DNA of 54,401 nucleotides. Origin: Candidatus Iainarchaeum sp. GTDB lineage: Archaea > B1Sed10-29 > WALL01. Below the pieces are notes generated by a model that was not told where the DNA came from, searched no databases, and saw only the letters and a list, made by a program, of their open reading frames with translations. Below, piece after piece: positions 29,516 to 38,600 of the stretch. Every line of letters starts with the position of its first letter. The first letter of the stretch is position 1. The DNA is taken from positions 1-54,401 of the forward strand of contig JAGGYF010000002.1 in the NCBI GenBank assembly GCA_021162685.1, given 5' to 3'. The translations under genes and the position numbers were made by a program.

Positions 29516-30028
29516 TTAGATGTAATGCTCTTCAATGTTTCTTGCTTCGAACACAAGCTTCCTCACCTCTTCAACAAACAGCTTTGCCTCGTTTTGGGCT
29601 TTGGTTGCCTGCTGGGAGCGTATTTCACCCAAGCCATACTGTGCTTTGATTCTTTCAATCCACACATCCTCAAGAGTGTCAGACAATGCCTTGCTCATTT
29701 TCTTTGCTTTCTCCAGATAGCTTACAAATTCTTTCTCAACCACTCCTTTCTTCACGTAAAAAGCATTGAAAGCAGAGATAGCGCATTCGTGAGGCCTTGC
29801 CTCTAAGCCAAGCAACCACAGTGAAGCCATTGTCGCGTGGTACATTGCGTAATAACTACAGATTATCATCCAATCAGATTTCTTGTTCTCAAGCATCAAG
29901 TCAGTTACCCCAAGATTGTATTCAGCCTTAGCTATGTGGCCCTGTGCTTTTTCAAGGTTTGGTTTTACTTTGATTAATCTTGGAGGCGTTTCTTTTGTTC
30001 CCTTGAAACATCTAGTTAGTGTATTCAT
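29516..30028 (-). CDS. HEPN domain protein
   Basis: SYYAMYHA...EARPHEC...ERIKAQY; overlaps the upstream MNT stop. Confidence 0.83.
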   Translation of the reverse strand: MNTLTRCFKGTKETPPRLIKVKPNLEKAQGHIAKAEYNLGVTDLMLENKKSDWMIICSYYAMYHATMASLWLLGLEARPHECAISAFNAFYVKKGVVEKEFVSYLEKAKKMSKALSDTLEDVWIERIKAQYGLGEIRSQQATKAQNEAKLFVEEVRKLVFEARNIEEHYI

Positions 30029-30651
30029 AATGGCTCACCGTATTTCAATACATAATGCCAGAGCTCTTCTTCCCCATATAAGATTATTCTGTCCTGCCAT
30101 ATGGTCGCGTAAACAGGCTCTCGCTTCCATCTGCTCTCAACGTCTTTTGTTGTCACCACGTGAAATTCCAGCTTGGTATGATAAAGAGATTTGATTGACT
30201 TGCAAAGCTTTTCTACTTCTTTTTGGTTTTTATCAACAACGACCAAGATGTCTAGGTCACTGCTTTCCCTTGAGTGTTTTCTTGCTGCTGAACCAAACAA
30301 CAGAATAAGGCATATGTCTTCTCTTGCGCTTTCCAAAAGCTTTTCCCTCACCCCAACCAGAATAGGAGCAATCTTTCTGTTTTTTCGCAAGAAGTCCAGT
30401 TGCCTGTCAACTTCCATTAAGCCGAAGACTTTTACAGTGAGGGGATTGTTTTTGTTTATCCTAAACAGTTTTGTCCTCCCAACTTCTCTTGAAACCAGGA
30501 TTTTTTCCTTTTCCAATGCATTCAGGTAACTGACTGCCCGCTCGTGCGAAATCCCTAATTCTCTTTCTATCCTTCTCCCGTGCTTTTCTTCTGACGGCTC
30601 TGTGAAGAATGCTTCCAATGCCTTGGATTCTGGTCTCAACAACATGGGCAT
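30025..30651 (-). CDS. wHTH plus MNT antitoxin
   Basis: HGRRIERELGISH...LNALEKEKIL wHTH; LFGSAAR...SDLDIL. Confidence 0.87.
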   Translation of the reverse strand: MPMLLRPESKALEAFFTEPSEEKHGRRIERELGISHERAVSYLNALEKEKILVSREVGRTKLFRINKNNPLTVKVFGLMEVDRQLDFLRKNRKIAPILVGVREKLLESAREDICLILLFGSAARKHSRESSDLDILVVVDKNQKEVEKLCKSIKSLYHTKLEFHVVTTKDVESRWKREPVYATIWQDRIILYGEEELWHYVLKYGEPL

Positions 30652-30841
30652 ATTATAACAGAGCTGGCATTTATTGGTTTGCTTTTTCAACCACATGGTT
30701 GGTTATACAAACCATAGAATTGGGGGCTCTGCATTTGAAACTAGTAAGCCACAGAAGGAACAAGTCGCACAGTTTTAGGACACTGCCTTTGTCATTTTTT
30801 CTCCTTGATTTGTTTGTAGGTTATTGGTGAATGAACAACCA

Positions 30842-31474
30842 TTACTTACGTGTCTTGTCAGGTTTGCTGAGAATCTTTAGAAATGACTTCTGCCAGTCTC
30901 TGAATGCTTTTAGGTCCATATCCAAAAACTTTATGTCCTTCGCACTAAACTCCTTTATCACTCTTTTGAGTTCAGACAAATAGTTTCTGATGCCATACTC
31001 CTCCAATAGTTTTTTGTATTTCCCTATATCAATATCTGCGTATATCAACAGTGTTAGGATGTCTATTGCATCTTTCTTTCCTTTTATGCTATACCTTCGT
31101 TTTATCTCAGCCCCCTGTTTTAGTATGAGAAGCTGTTCTGGTGATGCAGTTTTGATACCTTGCACCCTAACAGCCCTAATCTTTTCAAGCGGAATAGCAA
31201 GTTGAGAGTAAAACGGAACATATATGTCAATATCAAATTTATCAAACCTTATCTCGTATTTTTTCAATCTATCATTCTTAATCATTGTAAAATCCTGCTT
31301 CAACTGTTCCAATGTCTTAAAATCAACTACAATATCTATATCCTTAGATTTGTGCTTCCCTGTCCACAAGAATATTGCCCACCCACCTATAAGTATGAAA
31401 TCATACAGCTTAGATATCTCTTGTAACTTTTTCCAGCTCGCTTTTGTAAGTTGTTCATTCCAGTATTCTGTCAC
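30842..31474 (-). CDS. Nucleotidyltransferase-fold protein (AbiEii/type IV toxin-like)
   Basis: LIGGWAI...KSKDIDIVV...LLILK...KGKKDAIDI pattern. Confidence 0.72.
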   Translation of the reverse strand: MTEYWNEQLTKASWKKLQEISKLYDFILIGGWAIFLWTGKHKSKDIDIVVDFKTLEQLKQDFTMIKNDRLKKYEIRFDKFDIDIYVPFYSQLAIPLEKIRAVRVQGIKTASPEQLLILKQGAEIKRRYSIKGKKDAIDILTLLIYADIDIGKYKKLLEEYGIRNYLSELKRVIKEFSAKDIKFLDMDLKAFRDWQKSFLKILSKPDKTRK

Positions 31475-32003
31475 GTAATCTCCTCACAAATTCCTTTGCA
31501 TACCACTCTCTCATGTTCCATAGGTCCGCGAATATCAGGGGGTCTGTTACCTCAAATTCTTTTCTCAACACAAATAGGTTTGATGGCCCTCTTCTCTCTG
31601 GGAACCTTCTCTTTATCTCTTCCAATGACTCCTCATCTGCGTATACATACACCTCTGAATAATCAGCAGGTACATCCCTGTACTTGAATTTATAGGCAGT
31701 ATATCCTGTGAATTCAACACCCGCTGGCATACTCTTTTCTATCTCTGCTACTGGCATGTTGACTCTGGTTTTGTATATAACATCCTTGTATAGGTTCCTC
31801 TTATTCGCAACATACATCAATATCTTTTCAGCATCTATTACTCTAACACCCCTCTTTGTTACCTCAATAGCCCCCATGCTTTCAAGTGTTTTTACCGTAT
31901 TGTTCACAGTACTCAAAGAAACCTTTAGCATTTCTGCAATCCTCTTCTGTGTTATTTCTCTCATTTTGAGCAATAGAATTCCGATGGCTACAGCCTTCTT
32001 CAT
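31455..32003 (-). CDS. wHTH transcriptional regulator (AbiEi/type IV antitoxin-like)
   Basis: TQKRIAEMLKVSLSTVNNTVKTLESMG HTH; C-terminal FTGYTAY...DPLIFADLW; overlaps the downstream NTase. Confidence 0.72.
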   Translation of the reverse strand: MKKAVAIGILLLKMREITQKRIAEMLKVSLSTVNNTVKTLESMGAIEVTKRGVRVIDAEKILMYVANKRNLYKDVIYKTRVNMPVAEIEKSMPAGVEFTGYTAYKFKYRDVPADYSEVYVYADEESLEEIKRRFPERRGPSNLFVLRKEFEVTDPLIFADLWNMREWYAKEFVRRLRDRILE

Positions 32004-32053
32004 GTTTCGTTTTTTAAATTCAATATTTATAAATCTTTCGCTTTTTTAGAAAA

Positions 32054-32458
32054 TCAGCATTCCATTGTCAAAACCATACTATAATCATCCAGTATCTTCA
32101 CACTCTCTGTTATTGTTTTGCATCCCTTCTTTTTTGCGATAACAGTTACTTCCTCCCCCTTTGGTATCTCAAACGTGGCTCTACTATTACTTGTCATCTT
32201 TGTTATGCTCTCTCCATTCCATTCTGCTGTTACTCTGATATCATCTGCACCTTTCACATTTACTATAAGTGTGAACCTCTGCACAGGCAGCATCATATAC
32301 ACTGCAAGAGCCAAGAGGATAACTAATATACCCAATGTAATGCTCTTCACAGGTACTCCCTTTTCTTCAAGCTCCTCTTTTTTATCCAATACCCAGTATA
32401 CAGGTATCCCTTTTTCATCTAGTGCATCCATCAGATCCCAGATATCCATATCACTCAC
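32054..32458 (-). CDS. Mini-paralogue of the giant surface proteins: leader, TM and one beta-sandwich domain
   Basis: LMDALDEKGIPVYWVLD...LEEKGVP, then TM, then a CarboxypepD_reg-like domain (ATFEIPKGEEVTVIAKKKGC). Confidence 0.82.
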   Translation of the reverse strand: MSDMDIWDLMDALDEKGIPVYWVLDKKEELEEKGVPVKSITLGILVILLALAVYMMLPVQRFTLIVNVKGADDIRVTAEWNGESITKMTSNSRATFEIPKGEEVTVIAKKKGCKTITESVKILDDYSMVLTMEC

Positions 32459-32655
32459 GCAAACAAAAGATATGCAGCAATCAATGCAACCACAGCCAAT
32501 AGGACTCTGTTTTTTGTGTAGTACCTAGCCACAACAAGCAGCAACCCTAGTATAATAAATATCTTGAGGAGGATAGCCAACTCCCCACACTGCGGACATG
32601 CTACTTCAACAACATTGTGGAGGGGGTTTGGGAGGTTCATGTTGGACAACAGCAT
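32455..32655 (-). CDS. Small membrane protein, family A-like
   Basis: ACPQC...LLKIFII...ALIAAYLLF resembles 23927..24298; start may be 32640. Confidence 0.68.
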   Translation of the reverse strand: MLLSNMNLPNPLHNVVEVACPQCGELAILLKIFIILGLLLVVARYYTKNRVLLAVVALIAAYLLFA

Positions 32656-32664
32656 GTTCTTCTA

Positions 32665-35600
32665 CTATGTTACTTGTCCTGCTCCTCCTGTTTGGATGAT
32701 CCATTTTCCACTGCTACATACATATTTCCCACATTGTTTGCCATTGTTATAACTATTACAATACGCCACTGCACCTTTTCCTTCTGTTCCGTATCCATAG
32801 TCAACACAGCACTTGGTTGGGTCTCCACTGACTAACTCCCCAACATTTGTACATGTCTCAGCAGGTAGAGGATAACAGCAATAAGGTTTGTCACCACTGC
32901 AATCACCCGCAACATCCTTTTCGCACTCGTCTTTGTATTTTACTATTATTCCATTTATTGTTGACACCTTTCCTTCCCAATCTGTTGTATCTATATCCCT
33001 ACATTCATGGTAAACAAATCCATCTGGTTGTAGTATAGCTTTCTTCTCTTCGGCGTATTCCTCACATGTTTGTTTCGTCCCACTTGTCCCTTGATACACC
33101 ACTTCATCAGAGAAATCACCACAACCTACATTGTTGCATGCCTTCACTTTATAGGTATACGTTTTTGCTGGATCACTGAATATATCAACTGACCTAGCAG
33201 TACCTGTTGATGCTACTTGGCCGAAGTTATTGTTCCCATCCTTATCTGGTTTTCTATACACTTTATAATCAAAAGCACAGTCCACAGGACCCCATGTTAA
33301 AACAACGCGTTCTTCTCCCTGCGAATCCTTCTCTACGGAGAAGCTTATGCTCCCTACCTTCTTTGGTACACTTTCACATTGCGACCCTCCTGATCCTCCT
33401 CTTTGCTGTCCTCCCTGTCCTTGCGGTTCGTACCTACACACAAACACATCCTTTTTGCTTGCTGTTTTTTTCGGTACTCTCTCTTCTAGGCTCTTCTGTT
33501 TTATCTGTCCTGGTCCATCTGTTAACCTTATATATGCCTCTTGTCCATCGTGTATATGATCTTTCCAATAGCGTACAAACCCTCTCTGTGGATTTGTTCT
33601 TGTTCCCTCCTTCGCTTGTATAATAGCACTATCATCGTATGAAGAATATCCAGCATCTACACCCCACATCCAGCAATCGCTACAGTACCCTGTACTTGGA
33701 TTATCATGCTTTGTCCTGTCAAATGCAACATACCAGTTATTTCTTGTGTACGCTCCTGTATCATAGAATCTAAATTTGTTCTCACCGGTTACTAACCAGT
33801 CCTTTGGTATATCAAATGATACCCATCTTGGCGTTCTATCGTAGCCAAATACTGTACACCAGTGGAATGTTATATTTTGATCTGGGTTATCATTCACGAC
33901 GAGATAATTCACATCCTCATAAGGTGCTCTTCCCTTATCTTCTATCTTTCCTTTATTTTTTATAACTTGATTTATGTCCTCAGTGGAATAATAGTCAATA
34001 CCGCTCACATTTAACTCACATACGCTATTGTCAGGGCAAATTCCTCCACTACTTTTACTTTTACAGCAACCTTTTGCATTAGCATAAGATTTACCCATCC
34101 ACTTCCAATGTTTCATATCCTTATAACAACGGAATCTTCCACTTATTACTGGCTCTCCCTGTACACATTTCCCATAAACCCAAAGCGCCGCACTGTCTCC
34201 TGTTATCTTATCCGTGTCTACATACAACCATTTGTTCAGTCCATCGTTTAAGTCATTTCCACCAAGCCATCTGGGGGTGGCAAGATCCTTCGGGTTATCA
34301 TTCATAAATATGTTCGCATACAGCGGAGAGCATTTAATTCCTTGTACACCACTGCCCATTAGAACAGCATGTGTGGCAGTATATGGTACTGCTCCGGTAA
34401 GTTCGAGTGTTTTCTCCTGGTTTGCATCAATCCATCCAGTTGAGACTGCATATAACATCTGGCCTTTGTTTGTTACGTTCTCGCAGCTTCCTTCTCCAGT
34501 ATAGAATGCAATTACTCCTCTTCCTCCACTGGCTCCACCATTCTTTATCTTTAAGCTTACATCCAGAAGTTCTGAATGGCCTTTTACAGAAGCCTGCTCT
34601 ATGTCAAGGTCAGCCATTGTTGTTGCATAGATCATCTTGTCATTTGGGTCACTCTTCATGCCATCATTGTCTATAACAGTAAGCTCTGCTTTAAATGTGC
34701 CTCTACTAGGAATGGTGTATTGCGTTTGTTCTGATTCGCTTTCTGTGGTTGTAACTTCTGTATCCAGGTCAATGTAGTCAATGAAGATCGTGTTGTTTGT
34801 TGTTATTCCAATGTGGTGTTCCCCGTCTGCAAGTGCAACAGGCAACTTACCAAATTCTATGGTTTGCCACTCGTTACTTTTTGTCACAGTCTTATTTGCA
34901 ACTTCTTGCCCATCAACATTCACTTTGAGTAATGTTGGTCCTGATAATTCTTTTACCTTCATTGACATAGATGGTTTGGGGTTGCCAGTAGTTATTATCT
35001 TATAAGTAACACCTATGGTTCCAATCATAGTAACTTCATCAAAGTATACACTTCCAGTTACTGGATTATGTGTGTCAGTTTGCTCACCCCAATCTGGAGA
35101 ACCTCCTTCTAAGGTATCATCAAAGATTATACTGCGGAACTTCAGTGGCCTTTCAACTATTCCATCTCCTCCCCAGTGTCCAGCATTTCCTCCACCTGGA
35201 TTTGTCCCATCAAGTGGGAACTCGACCCACTTCCAACCAGTCCAATCAATTTTTAGTGATGGCTGCCATATCTCTCCATTGGCATCTACATATCTAATCC
35301 TGAGCATGTTATCTTTATGATCTGCTTTAAACCAGAAACCAATTCTAGTTGCAGCATCAGGGATAGGTGTGCTCAATGTATCTACTATCTCAAGGAATTC
35401 ATTTGCTTTGTGGCTAAACTCATAATCTGTTTTGAACACGTATCTTCCTTGTATTGATCCTGATTGTACAGCATCAGAGCTAACAGTTGTGCTTGTACAT
35501 CCTGTGTTACCAGAATTACAATCTATCTCATATGTTCTCCAGCCATCGGTGTTACCATCCTCAAAGTCATCTATCAAAGCATTACTTGAAAGTCTTATTT

Positions 35601-38600
35601 TGAGTTTTCCGCTTGCTGCATTGTCTCCAATTATCTTCGCACTTCCTCTCACATCATACTCCTCTGCCTCAATTCTTGTTGTCTGTGATATATTCCATAT
35701 ATACTTTGTTATGGTTCCATCTGGGTCATAGCTATCTGAGGCATCCAATGTTACTGTTTGTCCTGCTTGTGTTACTAGGTCTAGGCCAGCATCTGCAACA
35801 GGCTTTACGCCAACTGTTTCAGTAGTTATGTTGAATACTTGTTCTTTGTTTTCGGAGATATCTGTACTGTTATTATATGTCCAGTATCTTACCAATTCTG
35901 AAGCCAACGCTTGTCTGTACACATTAAGCTCTTCTGGATGGACATTGTAATACCTATCAGTGTAAACCAATCCAATCTCTATATCCACGCCAATTGCACC
36001 AGGTCCTTTTTTTAGTGTGTAGTAACCGAATACTCCTTTACTCTTATCAATGGAATCCGTTATGTAGTTGTATTTATCTGCAACCAACTCCTCTATGTAG
36101 TAATCCCTGTATTTTATACCAAAGCCTCTCTCGTCATAGTTCTGTGACCCATCTGAAACAATATCTTCAGAATAGCCAAAGATATCCCTTGAATCCACAT
36201 TTATGAATCCTTTTACTTTGGCTGCATCTATTGCATTTATGAATGGTGTTATGTCATATCCTTCATCCTGTTTGAATGCATAGTAGTTCACGTAATCTCC
36301 AAGTTCTGCTCTCATGTCCTTGTCAAGGTTCATTGCACCTATGACAAATGAGTAATTGCCTTCATCGCACCATGAAAGACATCTATTTGTGGATGACACA
36401 CTTAGGACACGTTTATCTGTAGGCGATCTCCTCAGAACGTCTCTATCTGTAGATGGCTTTATTGGAAGAATTACTGGAGCACTTCCGTCTGCAAGTGATA
36501 TACTCCTGTCTGTAGATGGCTCTATTACAACATCTTCATTGTTTGGCTCAAATTTGACTGTTACAATACCACAACCAATGTCCGTTCCTCTTACCCATAG
36601 CTCTTTGTTGGCAGTGTTTTCAAACTCTCCTATTGGGTATATAGCGGAGAAGCCTGCGAATCCAAGTTCTTGTCTGATCTTTTCCATTGTTGTCGCTGTT
36701 ATCTTCTCGTTTCCTACTGCATATCTATACTCTGTGTTTGGACCTGCGTTCAGTGCATCCTTCAACACTGCCATTGTGAATTGCTCTGCGTCGCATACCC
36801 TTACAACACCGTCTTCAATAGAGCATGGTGCTTCTACTCCTCTATCTATGTCTTCAGGGGCATTTCTGTATCTGTATACCTCATATTCACCAGGCGTAGT
36901 GACTTTCTCAGCAGCACCTGGGCAATCCAGCTCAAAGAAGAATGCCCTTCTGAACTCTGGGCTTGTGAAGTCAAACCATAGTGATGGTTTATAGTATCCA
37001 GAGCATTTCTCCATATCTGGTGCTCCCTTTATTACAATTTCTGCGTATGGTGCAGAACTAACATCTGCTGGTTTTCCTGGGATCTCCCATTCTGTTGCTC
37101 CTTCCTCTATTGGAATCTCTCTCCCGAATTCATTGTATATTGCTTTAACATTGATGTCAATGCCATAGTTCCTTACAACCCAGGATGGCGAGAAGTACGG
37201 CTTTTCAAATGTTACTGGCTCTGGCCAGTAGTTGTAAACCTTTATTGTCTGATTCATTTGTGGGTGCTCTTCATTCCCGTAAGCTTCTGTGAAGTTCCAT
37301 GTAACTGGTTCTGTTATACCATCAAATAGTATGCCGCCCACACTGAAGTTCCTTGTAAATGGTCCAAACTCATATCCTATTGCCTTTACTGTTATTGTTC
37401 CTGGCTTCAATGCTCCTCCCTCTTTTGTCGGCAGCACAAACTCAAAGTATGGCTGTTCTGCAAAGTTCTTCAGCCACATCTCGCATGACTCATTGGTGCA
37501 TGTTGACACATATCCTGCTGGTATGTCATCAGAATCAAAGTTCAGTGCATCTCCTGAGATGTATACAACATTATTCCTTCCCTTCTCGTCATGCACTGCT
37601 CCGTACCCCATTACTTGACCAGTTGGATGGTCTGCATCCCTCTTTATAATGGACAATACCAGTACCTTAGTTGTTGTATCCAATGCCTCATTGCCTTCGC
37701 TGTCAAATCCTTGTAGTATCATATCATAGTCAACCCAGCCGTGCTTGAATGTTCCACCCTCCCATGTGGTTGTTGGTTCATCTTCTCCGTAGTCCCACAT
37801 GTATGCTTCCATTGTGCTTGTCTGCTTTGTAAAGTCACTATCTCCTGTAACAAATATGCCTTTTCCAACAGCTGCTACCCATTTCTTTCCATTGGCAGGT
37901 ATTGTCAGGGCATTCCAGCGCGCTCGGACCATTGTTGGTTCATCGTTTCTCGGAACAGCAGCCAGTGCTTCAGCAGCTTTCATTGGGTCATTTTCTACAA
38001 GTTCTCTAATGTTAGTGGCGTTTTTGAGTTTTCCAAAGTGCGGTCCACTTTCTGATGTATATCCAAGCATCTCAGCAGTTATTGGTGTGTATTCCTCTCC
38101 TGCGTATCCTGTTTCCTCCTCCTCTTGTGGAACAATTTCAAATGTTGCACTCTTACAGTTTGCATGGGAACCGACATCTTGAATAAATCTATTTGGTATC
38201 CTTGAAATAGAGCTTGTGTAGTTGAATAGAGCACATACCCATACTGTTTTTGTACCTGCGCCCAATTTATTTACTGAATAGTTTAATGTTCCGAAATCTG
38301 TTGTTCTTACAGCAGAGTCCTTATCAATCTTCGCCATACCCAGCCATTGTGGTGGTCCATAAGGAGCACCTTGTTCATCAAGCACTATTGAGTAAACAGA
38401 GACGTTCTGTTTTGTATACTTCTCTGTGTTGTAGTTCTTTATTACTGCCTCAATGCTTACGGTGTCGCCTATACCATATGTAAATGTATCTGTTTGCTCC
38501 CCTTTACTGTTTCTCAGTGTTATGCTGTCAACACCAATGTCTATTATATCAGAGATCCATTCGCAGTCTGGGTCCATTCTACATAGTCTCTCATCTGTTT

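Larger units (their letters stand above)
25164..32167. mobile_element. Direct-repeat-bounded accessory island rich in toxin-antitoxin modules
   Basis: Flanked by the ~85-100-bp direct repeat; cargo is TA pairs, AlkA, pRiA4b-ORF3 and a frameshifted ATPase; no integrase or transposase seen. Confidence 0.6.

Noticed and set aside
30689-30715. Weak inverted repeats upstream of the second MNT gene
   Set aside because: Short and imperfect (6-7 bp); not distinguishable from chance.
25164-32167. Integron cassette array or provirus interpretation of the island
   Set aside because: I found no repeated attC-like GTTRRRY/RYYYAAC sites between genes and no integrase, capsid or replication genes.
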